A stretch of 64,000 nucleotides of DNA from Pseudobdellovibrionaceae bacterium (GTDB lineage Bacteria; Bdellovibrionota; Bdellovibrionia; Bdellovibrionales; UBA1609): NCBI GenBank assembly GCA_020635055.1, contig JACKAN010000001.1, positions 153,266 to 217,265 of the forward strand, in the 5' to 3' direction. The translations under genes were made by a program, and so were the position numbers. The notes below the pieces were generated by a model. The model ran no database searches. It was not told the origin of the DNA and saw only the letters and a list, made by a program, of their open reading frames with translations. The stretch's first letter is position 1. Each line of letters begins with the position of its first letter. Positions 27,929 through 36,694 of this stretch are shown here, one piece after another.

Positions 27929-30900
27929 TGTCTGTTTTCAACCCCTGCAGCTTCGCGGATCAAATGCCGCAATTGTTCTTGCTCAAAGTTACTCAGGTCC
28001 TGCAATTGGACACCAGTTAACTGTTCAAAGTTTGTGATAAGATCGTCAACAATTCTTTGTGAAATTTTTTTATCTTGAAAAAGAGGATGAATACGTTGTT
28101 GACGCACTTTAAGTATCCATCTTTCTAAAGGGCGATCGATCTGTTGAACATCTCGCCAAACTAGTTTTTCTAGATTATCTAAATGCTCTCGAGTCGATGT
28201 GTACTGATTACCAACATAAATATATTCAGAAAACTCATCAGCAAGTCCTATGGCTTCATGAAGAAGATCATAGACCTTTTGTGGAATCTTATCTGCAGAT
28301 TTATCTGTATAAAAAGTATTTTTTCCTTTTAAATTTAAATGATCGGCCTCATACAAAAAGTCCTTTATATGCTCAGCCGTAAACTCTCGATAAAATCCTT
28401 TTTCTGAACCCATGCTTTTGCTGTCATTAGCAAATTTCATTAGTTCGTCATTTGTTTGATTAATGGCAATGAACATGGTTTGCAGTGGTGTTTTTCTATT
28501 GATGGCGTTTCTGGCAATAATCAATTCGGAAGAATTGATCTCAGATTGTCCGTCTGTCATTAATATAATATTTGCTGCAGCCAGGGGTTCACCAGATCGT
28601 TTTTCGGCATCTGCAATTAAACTCATCCCTTGGAGTAGGGCTTTTTGTATGTCTGTACCGCCACCAGTATTTTTTAATTTGTTTTTGTAATTATCTATTA
28701 TATTTAAAGCATCGGATGTATTTGTGACAGTAATAGGGGCTCCTGGTTTAGAATCAAATGGAACAATAATTACAAGATGTCTATGGCGCCCATTTTTAGT
28801 TACATCACTTAAGGCTCGACCGGTAAAAGCAGAAATTAAAGCTGATTGAAATCGACCGGCATCGCCATTCATGCTTTTAGAAGTGTCGTAAAGTACAATC
28901 GTAATTCTTTCAGATTCTTCTTTTCCATAACCTGCTGCTATTTGAATTCGCTGTCTTCGACCTTGAACAAAGGCGGTTCCTTCTTTAATATTTTCTTCGA
29001 TGGATTTGCCAGGCTGACCCAGTAAAGCTCTCGAAATATCAGAAAATCTTTGAAGGGGTAGGAGGTCATTTCCTTTGGGTCTTAAAGGGTCTTTTTGCCA
29101 GGTTTTAATGTCAAGATATTCCGGGCGGGGAGTGGAATTAAGAATAAACTCTGAAAGAGGGCTAAGTATAGATAGTAATCGTAAATCATTAAGCTTAGCA
29201 TTTTTTAAAAGTTGAGCAATATGCAGTGTAGGACTATTAGGACCCACTTGATCTAAATCATATATCTGTTTTAGGAGCTGTCTAGGAACAGTCGGCAGTG
29301 ATGATACAAACTCTTTTACAAGACCAATATCTTGTGCGTCGGGATGAACCAATTCACCGATTAATTTCTGTGCGAGTTTTAAATTGTAAATTAGTTTTTG
29401 TGGAACAGGTATTTTATCATTATTGTCCAAAACATTCGAATAGCTGAGAAGGGCGGATATAATTCTATGTAACATCTGATAGCTTTTGTTAACATCCTGT
29501 TCTCGAAGCTCTCTTACAAGTCCAACAAGCCAATTTTTAAGTTCTGGATGCATTTCATTGTGGGCACTCATGGCTTGCTGAAATATTTGTTTAAAACTAG
29601 GAGAGTTAAATTTCTTTACTTGTGATGAAAGTTGATTGAGTTTGTTTTGAATATCTATTCCTGGTTGGGTAGGGTCTAAAACCGATTTAAATAATACACG
29701 CATTGCTCTTTCTAATAAGGGGTTGCGGTTTAATTTAGGTTCCAATTCTAATGATCCCAGTTCCAATTGATTAGCGAGTTCTTCCAGTGTCATTTGTTCT
29801 TCGGGATCACTCTCCTTTGCTTTTTTTCCTTTTTTCTCTTTTTTATTTACATCAGCTACTCTTTTTTGAGTATTCTTATCTAAACGGTCTTGGTGGTCCG
29901 GTTTTACTTGGTCACCGCTTTGACTTTGAGATTCCAACTCTGAACTATCTGGTTTATTCTGTTCACTTTCTGGTTCCTGGGTGCTCATTAGGTTTATGTC
30001 AGAATACTCAGTGTCTTCACTATCTTTGTCGTCTGATTTATCTTTTTTTCTAGGTGTAGGTTCAAATAAATACCATTTATTATCGGAATATACTTCCACC
30101 CAAACATGGGCGTCATTGGGAATAATTAAATAACTCTTGCCATCCGTGCCGCCCTTATAATTTTGAGCCTTAAACCCTTCACCAATTCTTGAAGGAATCT
30201 GGTATACATCACGGAGTATTCCAATCATCACATAAGCTGCCATATCACATTGAAATGCACCTGCTTTTAAGGCATCGATGGGATCGGTTTCTGGACGAGG
30301 GCCAACACTGTATAAATACTCCTTAGCTAAATGATCAGCTATGGCTTGTGCTACTTGAAGGGGGTTGGTTAGAGCCTCTTGCTTGGAAAACTTTCTTAAA
30401 ACTTCGGTTTGAATTCCTTCTGGCCATTCCTCAATATTAAAACCTACAGGACGTGTATAGATATCCTCCAAATGTGGCATCATAACTATATTGTTGTCTT
30501 CGATTAGTGGGATATGAACTTCAGGCAAATTTTCTTTCAACTTTAAAGAATAGGAACCCGTTTCGGTTTTAGAGATCAAGACTCTGGGGTCAGAAGCTTG
30601 AAGGGGCTTAAATCCCGGTGGAATAAATAAATCAACCTGGGACTCACCAAATGTTCGAATTGTCATTTTATTTTGAGTGGAATTATATTTTTGTGGATGT
30701 GTTTGGGTTATGGGTAATTTGGCCTCTTTAAATGGAAATTTCGTTCCTCTTACTATATTTGAAAAGTAAATTTGTGCAAAATAGGGGGTATTAAAATTAA
30801 CTTCAGCAAGCCTAGTTTTCTTTTGCTTGCCACCAGCAGTTGAAGTTTGTGTATCATTGGTGAAGGGTTTATATTCTTTTGCAAGTTTTGGATATTTAGG

Positions 30901-31518
30901 CTTTACGTCCTGTTCATGCAGTTCTTGTTTTCTCTGCTGTGAATCCGCCTGGACAAATTGTTTTTGCTCGTTACTTTGTTGTCCAACTTCGTCTAATGCT
31001 AAGTCAGACTCTTTATATCTCCCCAAATAATCTGTGGAATATTTAAGTGTTAAATACTGGCTCTGTAGTTCTACTCTATCTACATCTTTTTTTTGTAGTG
31101 AAAAATTGGCTTCATCGATAATCCATTGTATTAATTTTTCGTTATAAGAATGAGCACCTAAATAAAATTTTTTAAGTTGATGATTTATAATTGCTAGCGG
31201 ACTACTCGTCCATTTTCCATTTATTTGACGAATCGATAGTCGTTGAAAAATACGACTTCCTTGCTCAGGATTCCAAGCCAACATAAATGGGTCGCGATAG
31301 GGCCCCAATTTTTTCGAGTATAGTTCAATCAACATAGAGACCTGAGATAATTGATTAATAATTTTATCTTGAATAAGAGGGTTCTCAGATAGCTGAACTT
31401 CAGAAGGAGGATTCGCCACTTGTGACAGTTGCTTTTCACAAGGAGTTTCAGCAAATATTTTTTGTGAAAAAATATTTGCAAACAAAAATAATAAGACAAT
31501 GCAAAGCCTTTTATTCAT
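27925..31518 (-). CDS. Exported 1197-aa protein fusing a transglutaminase-like core to a vWA (MIDAS) domain
   Basis: Signal peptide (KIFA|ETP). The TGase core is GAFQCDMAAYVMIGILRDV...DAHVWVEVYSDNKWYLFEPTP. An acidic low-complexity linker follows. The vWA domain has DTSKS...GGGTDIQKAL...ILMTDGQSE. Confidence 0.8.
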   Translation of the reverse strand: MNKRLCIVLLFLFANIFSQKIFAETPCEKQLSQVANPPSEVQLSENPLIQDKIINQLSQVSMLIELYSKKLGPYRDPFMLAWNPEQGSRIFQRLSIRQINGKWTSSPLAIINHQLKKFYLGAHSYNEKLIQWIIDEANFSLQKKDVDRVELQSQYLTLKYSTDYLGRYKESDLALDEVGQQSNEQKQFVQADSQQRKQELHEQDVKPKYPKLAKEYKPFTNDTQTSTAGGKQKKTRLAEVNFNTPYFAQIYFSNIVRGTKFPFKEAKLPITQTHPQKYNSTQNKMTIRTFGESQVDLFIPPGFKPLQASDPRVLISKTETGSYSLKLKENLPEVHIPLIEDNNIVMMPHLEDIYTRPVGFNIEEWPEGIQTEVLRKFSKQEALTNPLQVAQAIADHLAKEYLYSVGPRPETDPIDALKAGAFQCDMAAYVMIGILRDVYQIPSRIGEGFKAQNYKGGTDGKSYLIIPNDAHVWVEVYSDNKWYLFEPTPRKKDKSDDKDSEDTEYSDINLMSTQEPESEQNKPDSSELESQSQSGDQVKPDHQDRLDKNTQKRVADVNKKEKKGKKAKESDPEEQMTLEELANQLELGSLELEPKLNRNPLLERAMRVLFKSVLDPTQPGIDIQNKLNQLSSQVKKFNSPSFKQIFQQAMSAHNEMHPELKNWLVGLVRELREQDVNKSYQMLHRIISALLSYSNVLDNNDKIPVPQKLIYNLKLAQKLIGELVHPDAQDIGLVKEFVSSLPTVPRQLLKQIYDLDQVGPNSPTLHIAQLLKNAKLNDLRLLSILSPLSEFILNSTPRPEYLDIKTWQKDPLRPKGNDLLPLQRFSDISRALLGQPGKSIEENIKEGTAFVQGRRQRIQIAAGYGKEESERITIVLYDTSKSMNGDAGRFQSALISAFTGRALSDVTKNGRHRHLVIIVPFDSKPGAPITVTNTSDALNIIDNYKNKLKNTGGGTDIQKALLQGMSLIADAEKRSGEPLAAANIILMTDGQSEINSSELIIARNAINRKTPLQTMFIAINQTNDELMKFANDSKSMGSEKGFYREFTAEHIKDFLYEADHLNLKGKNTFYTDKSADKIPQKVYDLLHEAIGLADEFSEYIYVGNQYTSTREHLDNLEKLVWRDVQQIDRPLERWILKVRQQRIHPLFQDKKISQRIVDDLITNFEQLTGVQLQDLSNFEQEQLRHLIREAAGVENRQ

Positions 31519-31523
31519 AGCTC

Positions 31524-33149
31524 TTATTCTTTGGATTTAAGCAACATAAGCTCGAATGAAGATCTATCTGGGTTATTTGTGTTTTTTTGTGCCGGATTTC
31601 TAGCTCGCAGCAATATAGATCCTTTTAGTGAAGCCATATGTTTTAGAAAAATTCTTTTGAATCTATTTTGTTCGGCGATTAAATTTTTAATCAATTGCTT
31701 TTCTGTTTGATCTTTTGCTGTTTCAGGATCAATTGACCAATTAAAATCAATATCCAGTTCATTATTGGCTTCTTGATTAATTGTAAGCCGAGTATTTCCA
31801 GGACCTGTAGTGGACAAGACAAAAACAGTTCTCCATAAAGATAAGGGATCTATCTTAATTTTATTAGAAGTTATACTTTCTAGATTTTCATCATCAGCTA
31901 AAGGAGATAGTAAAAAATCAAGGAATACAGACTTTTTAACTATTTCTGGAATGCCTTTTCTAAAACGTTCATTGTAATCGGCGGATGAAATATCAACATA
32001 TTGATCTTGATTCCCACTACCAGAATTGGTTTCAAGATTATTATAGTGTTTATGAGTTTCCTGCCGCATTTCTTCTACAAACAGTCGAAATGTCGTCATA
32101 AAATGGGAATTGGGTTCAAATAGTATATTTGCAAGCTCTCTAAGTTCAGTCCAATCCAAAGACTCTGGCTCTAGAAACACCTCATCTCTAAAAACTTCAG
32201 GATAAGTTCTCGATAATGAGAGTAAGTATCGTTTTCTTTGTTCACGTTGATCTAGTATAGCCTGGTTTTTTAAAGATAACCAGTTGTACATAATAGCTTT
32301 AAACTGATAACGGCTAAAATGTGCTGGTGCCGTTGAACCTAATCCGTTTTCCCTAAATAATTTATACATTTCTGCAATGTTAGCATTGCTAGTTGCAAAC
32401 AATGTTTCAAGTTGTCCATCAAAGGTTTTATTTCCTGTAAAAATTTTCCCTTCATTCATTAAACTAAAGAGAGCTGGGAATATGGAAGGATGTGCTTTGT
32501 CGATTTCATCAATTTGACCAACTTTAAAATCGGCCAAACTTCCCTCTGTATTAATTATATACTTACCCTTTTTTGCAGCCTCGAAATCCTGACCACCAAT
32601 AAATGCTTGTTCTGTAATGGCTTGATGCAATTGAATTCTAAATGCGGGATCAGCCTCACCTCTTAAGAACCAATTTACAAAAGCGGATTTTGTACTGCCA
32701 GTCGGGCCATGAATAAAAAAATGTCCTTTTGCTAATCGTGCAAGGAGGCCTACATGATGAGCTGAGTCTAAATTTAAAAATTGGCTACTAAAAAGCCTAT
32801 CTCTTCTGCGGAGGATATCTCGTCCTTTCTTGAGCGCTTGCAGTCCTTCATTAGTTAATCCCTTATATTCAAAAGTGATGGGGTCAATAAATACAAGGGG
32901 GGGTCTCTCTGGGGTCTTATCACCTTCAGAACTATCAGAGTTTTGATTGTTATCTCGTATTAAATGCAGTTCACATTCACTTTTTCCCACTTGTATTGGA
33001 GATTCTTCTTTTTTGTTATCTTCTGTAAGGCCTTGAAAAGAAAAAAAGGAAATAAAAACAATAGTGAGAAAGATTGAAGAGCTATTAAAAAGAAGTCTAT
33101 GATTAAACTTATATAGACCTTTAAGTTTAGACTTTAAAACACACAACAT
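31524..33149 (-). CDS. MoxR-like AAA+ ATPase with N-terminal signal/anchor segment
   Basis: 541 aa. Walker A is FIHGPTGSTKSAF, Walker B is VGQIDEIDKA and sensor-1 is LFATSNAN. The N-terminus is basic and then hydrophobic (KSKLKGLYKFNHR-LLFNSSSIFLTIVFISFFSF). The stop lies 5 nt before the next start. Confidence 0.75.
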   Translation of the reverse strand: MLCVLKSKLKGLYKFNHRLLFNSSSIFLTIVFISFFSFQGLTEDNKKEESPIQVGKSECELHLIRDNNQNSDSSEGDKTPERPPLVFIDPITFEYKGLTNEGLQALKKGRDILRRRDRLFSSQFLNLDSAHHVGLLARLAKGHFFIHGPTGSTKSAFVNWFLRGEADPAFRIQLHQAITEQAFIGGQDFEAAKKGKYIINTEGSLADFKVGQIDEIDKAHPSIFPALFSLMNEGKIFTGNKTFDGQLETLFATSNANIAEMYKLFRENGLGSTAPAHFSRYQFKAIMYNWLSLKNQAILDQREQRKRYLLSLSRTYPEVFRDEVFLEPESLDWTELRELANILFEPNSHFMTTFRLFVEEMRQETHKHYNNLETNSGSGNQDQYVDISSADYNERFRKGIPEIVKKSVFLDFLLSPLADDENLESITSNKIKIDPLSLWRTVFVLSTTGPGNTRLTINQEANNELDIDFNWSIDPETAKDQTEKQLIKNLIAEQNRFKRIFLKHMASLKGSILLRARNPAQKNTNNPDRSSFELMLLKSKE

Positions 33150-33649
33150 CTATCCTTCTGTATGAAAGCAAGTTGATTTTGGATAAAGCTATCCATTGCC
33201 CCAATATGGGGTAAATTTTTCCAGCAACTTGCATCGCCGGTCTTCGTATTTAGTAGTGTCCCCCGTTGATAGAATAATTTTTTGAACGTGTTTTACTGTG
33301 AACTTTTCCATTGTCTATAAATGGATCTAACTAATAGCGCATTCATTCTTCTGTATGGGCCTCAAAATATCTTTTGTGTCGGCAGGCATTTTTTATCTTG
33401 CCGCACTCACATAGATCAATCGTGCCATAACAATGTTGGATATAAAACGCGGGAGTGCCAGTCTCCTCTTGGACGTATTTTATCGTTAAACCGTCAAGCA
33501 GATATTGGGCCTCTTCCCACACCTCAAGTTCACCCGAAGTTATTCCTAAACAATAAAAAGTATTTCGTTTCTCGATTTCCACGTGAAAAAGGAAATAAAC
33601 TTCTTACATCACATCCTTGTGTTATTCAGATCTCTTAAGGCACTATCAG

Positions 33650-34696
33650 CTAAATCTTCTGATTATAAAATTCCAAACGTAATCTTTTCCTTTCTTTGAG
33701 ATATTCATCGTAGTTGTCATTGTAGGTGTCATTATTTTTTAATAAACACAGAGATATCGAGGCAATCCTTCTAGCTAAACTTAGCTTAGCTGCTTTGTGA
33801 TTAATGCCTTTAGCTCTCAAAGCATCGTAATAATCACGAAGAGTACTGTCTGTGCGCAGGGCACTCTCTGCAGCACCTATAAAGACATCTCTCAACTCCC
33901 TTCTCCCAAAAAATCTTTTGTTACCATATATTTTCCCACCGGATTTCTGTATATGACGAACTAACATACAATAACCCCAAAACCGATGCTTGTTTTTAAA
34001 TCTTGCTGGCTGACATACGATGGCCGCAATAATATTTGCTCGTATCAAATTAATTCCAGGTATAGTTATTAAATTGCGAATAGGGCGATATTGTTTTTTA
34101 TTTTTTGTGAACAAATCTCTATATTTTAATTTTTCACTTTCTAAAAACTCAATCTGATTAAATAACTTCTCCGCTACAAATTTCGCTGAGGGGTTTTTCA
34201 ACCTATTTACTAAATCTTTATTTTTATAAAAACTATTTTCACTCGTACTTAACGCCTCAGCTCTAAATAATGACTTCAATCTATTTTTAAATCTGACAAT
34301 CTCTTGAACAATATCTAAGTATCCACTCACCGATACTCTGATTTCGCTCCAATGTGAGGCGTCGTGAAAAACGGGTTGCAAATGATTAGTTCGTAACTCA
34401 TGGGCCAAATGAAGAGCATCCCTAAAATCTGTCTTAGCACCTGACTTTTTGGCAACATAGGTAGGGTTACAAACTAGAAGCTCATCCACGGTGTCTTTGA
34501 GTTGTAAATAAAGCCATTGGGAAATTGTGGACTCCTCAAAGGTAAGTGACCTCACACCATGAACTTTGTTAATTACATAAACCAGATTTTTCTCTGAAGT
34601 AATAACGGTTTCCCTTAAAACGCAGTCTCCTTGCTCATTAACTACGGCAAAAGTCGAGGTTGTGCTATGGGCATCTAATCCTATATAATATTTCAT
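33650..34696 (-). CDS. IS110-family transposase (DEDD recombinase)
   Basis: 348 aa. The N-terminus is MKYYIGLDAHSTT (DEDD_Tnp_IS110-like). The C-terminal Transposase_20-like region reads LITIPGINLIRANIIAA...ARFKNKHRFWGYCML...KSGGK...GRRELRDVF. AAGGAG lies 7 nt upstream of the ATG. Confidence 0.9.
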   Translation of the reverse strand: MKYYIGLDAHSTTSTFAVVNEQGDCVLRETVITSEKNLVYVINKVHGVRSLTFEESTISQWLYLQLKDTVDELLVCNPTYVAKKSGAKTDFRDALHLAHELRTNHLQPVFHDASHWSEIRVSVSGYLDIVQEIVRFKNRLKSLFRAEALSTSENSFYKNKDLVNRLKNPSAKFVAEKLFNQIEFLESEKLKYRDLFTKNKKQYRPIRNLITIPGINLIRANIIAAIVCQPARFKNKHRFWGYCMLVRHIQKSGGKIYGNKRFFGRRELRDVFIGAAESALRTDSTLRDYYDALRAKGINHKAAKLSLARRIASISLCLLKNNDTYNDNYDEYLKERKRLRLEFYNQKI

Positions 34697-34890
34697 GAAG
34701 CATCTCCTTGGTTTGAAGTTTGTTGATACCTAAATTCTACTTCCAACCAATTAATAACGTGACACTTCTAAATATTTATAGAATGAAGTCCAGTTGGGAG
34801 CCCTTTAGGCGATGCTTCGCTTTCATACATTGTCTCCTCTAATAAGTGGGGAACCCTAACACGTCATGTTATAAAATTCAAATTATTGAA
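34697..34890 (-). ncRNA. Candidate IS110 bridge-RNA-encoding non-coding left end (hypothesis)
   Basis: About 195 nt of non-coding sequence lie directly 5' of the recombinase gene, where IS110-group elements encode their guide (bridge) RNA. A 10-bp stem (GGTTGGAAGT...ACTTCAAACC, one mismatch) and smaller hairpins can be drawn. No covariance model was run. Confidence 0.25.
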
Positions 34891-34916
34891 AGTTCGAGGT
34901 CCTCTTTCTGGACGCA
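34891..34916 (+). repeat. 26-nt repeat unit A (agttcgaggtcctctttctggacgca) adjacent to the IS110 copy
   Basis: Read directly. It recurs 86 nt downstream as unit B. Confidence 0.8.
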
Positions 34917-34976
34917 GAAGACAATTACCATCTGTGTAAGTGCCTTTTTGGAAAATATTTCATTAATACTGATTTG

Positions 34977-35016
34977 AGTTCGAGGTCCTCATCTCGAGGT
35001 CCTCTTTCCGGACGCA
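34977..35016 (+). repeat. Repeat unit B: unit A with an internal 14-nt re-duplication (agttcgaggtcctc-atc-tcgaggtcctctttccggacgca)
   Basis: Read directly. It shares agttcgaggtcctc and tcgaggtcctctttcYggacgca with unit A. Confidence 0.8.
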
Positions 35017-35146
35017 ATAAAGCATTTTTTGTTTGAAAAATGTATCAACCAACAAGCTTACTCTAGAAGAGAATGACTTCATGTAATAAGAAAGAAAACG
35101 TGGAGCCCAAAGAGTGCAACCAACACAACAGTACAAGGGATAATAA

Positions 35147-36610
35147 GTGTTCGAATTTGGCCAATTTCAAGTTGTAAGTTATTTTTTAAATCGAGCAATT
35201 ATTTTTTCATTTTCCATTTTTTATTTGGCGACGACTTATGCTGCAAATAAAAATACTATGGAATATGTGAAGTTTTGCAATCCTACTGGGGAATGTCGAA
35301 ATTTTTCCCGTCTTGTAATGGGTACGGATCATCTAAGTCAATCAGCTTGGGTAAATGATAATCAATTGGAACCCAAAAAAGAAGACGTTTTTGCTGTACT
35401 TGATGAAGCCGCTCGATTTGGAATAAATCTTTTCGATACCTCCCCAATATATGTGGGGGGAGTCGAAAACACATTAGGTGAATGGCGAGAAACGCGAAGA
35501 TCTTTAATTTTAAAAGACAGTTTTTACATAAACCGAAAACTAAATCCAGACAGAGATATTTATGCACTTTCCAAAGGAGGATTTCCCTTTGATCTCTTTT
35601 GGCTAAAAGAACTGCCAGCGGGATGTCATTCGATTGAGTTGATAAATGAGCTCAAGAAGCAAGGTATATTATCTCCAAACGCAACAGATTGGGTGAGTCA
35701 AAGTCTCCCACTTCAAAACGTACCCCCAGGATCTTATGCGAGTCATCTGTACTGTAATAAGGAAATTATGATTGATAGAATTAGCCATGAACTCAAGTAC
35801 ACCCGTAAAAACTTAAATTGTGATATTGATGTGTATTTAATGCATCGAGATGATGGTGATGCAATAGGTTTTACAAAGGTAAAAAGAGAACAAACTCCTG
35901 TAGAAAATATTTTAGATGCGATAAGTGCCCCTGAAGTATCCAACCAAATTTTTATGTTGGGTTGGTCTAACTGGGAAACTCACAGGGTCAATAAATCATT
36001 AGAATTAGCTAATCAATCAGATAACTACATTCGACCAATGATAAATAGTCCCTATTTTTCACTTTTTGAAATGAGCGAGAGAACGATTCATGCTCTTGGT
36101 GTTCAGGTGACACATGTTGAAATGTCTGACCCCAATTTTCAAAAAGGGATAAAGATAATGCCCTATTCTCCACTTGGTGGATTTAGTATTTTAGATAAAC
36201 CAGTAGATCAATGGCAGAATGCTAAAAAAGCAGCCCACAAAAAATATTTAGCCAATGATGCTTACTGGAAAAATGTTTATCATTCTATTTTTACTGAAGA
36301 GAATGAAAAACGCTGGAATCGCGCTATCCAATTTACTAAGGATTTTAATAAAGTGCATAAAACTAAGTACACTATAGATCAGGTACTCAATGCCTATGTT
36401 CTTGCTCACCCAAGAACTGACATGTTAGCTATAGGACCAATAACAGTGGAGCAATTACGAAGAACGATTGGGGCTTTAAAATTATCTAAAAAGTTTACAT
36501 CACAGGATTTAGAGCATCTTTACAGTGGTCAAGTAGCACCCAGTTTCAGCAGTGTAAAAGCCCTTTGCCTATCAGCTCCTAAAAATGTTGATAAATCATA
36601 TATAGAGTAA
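35147..36610 (+). CDS. Aldo/keto reductase family oxidoreductase
   Basis: LVMGTDHL...VLDEAARFGINLFDTSPIYVGGVENTLGEW... fits the AKR fold. The longest ORF (GTG at 35147) adds a hydrophobic signal-like 37-aa extension. An alternative ATG at 35258 (MEYVKFCNPTG...) would give a canonical AKR N-terminus. Confidence 0.7.
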   Translation: MFEFGQFQVVSYFLNRAIIFSFSIFYLATTYAANKNTMEYVKFCNPTGECRNFSRLVMGTDHLSQSAWVNDNQLEPKKEDVFAVLDEAARFGINLFDTSPIYVGGVENTLGEWRETRRSLILKDSFYINRKLNPDRDIYALSKGGFPFDLFWLKELPAGCHSIELINELKKQGILSPNATDWVSQSLPLQNVPPGSYASHLYCNKEIMIDRISHELKYTRKNLNCDIDVYLMHRDDGDAIGFTKVKREQTPVENILDAISAPEVSNQIFMLGWSNWETHRVNKSLELANQSDNYIRPMINSPYFSLFEMSERTIHALGVQVTHVEMSDPNFQKGIKIMPYSPLGGFSILDKPVDQWQNAKKAAHKKYLANDAYWKNVYHSIFTEENEKRWNRAIQFTKDFNKVHKTKYTIDQVLNAYVLAHPRTDMLAIGPITVEQLRRTIGALKLSKKFTSQDLEHLYSGQVAPSFSSVKALCLSAPKNVDKSYIE

Positions 36611-36694
36611 TGTTCTTGCTCACTACTTATGTACTGGTAAAAAATTAATGATATCTAGATGTATCAATTTAAGATCTACAAGACGAAGCTTTTC

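Larger units (their letters stand above)
33600..34890 (-). mobile_element. IS110-family insertion sequence (boundaries approximate)
   Basis: Single DEDD-type transposase gene with about 195 nt of non-coding sequence 5' of it. IS110 elements lack terminal inverted repeats, so the ends are estimated only. Confidence 0.6.

Noticed and set aside
27031-31030. Plus-strand ORFs inside the FGE-fold and TGase-vWA genes (27031-27231, 27072-27389, 27804-28037, 28197-28382, 28463-28690, 29787-30053, 30827-31030)
   Set aside because: They are antisense shadow ORFs of long, motif-supported minus-strand genes.
33343-33582. 79-aa minus-strand ORF (GTG start, Cys-rich C-terminus) and the overlapping 105-aa plus-strand ORF between the MoxR-like gene and the IS110
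   Set aside because: They have no SD and no recognisable family, they overlap each other, and they may be a fragment of a gene disrupted by the IS110. The evidence is insufficient to call either as a gene.
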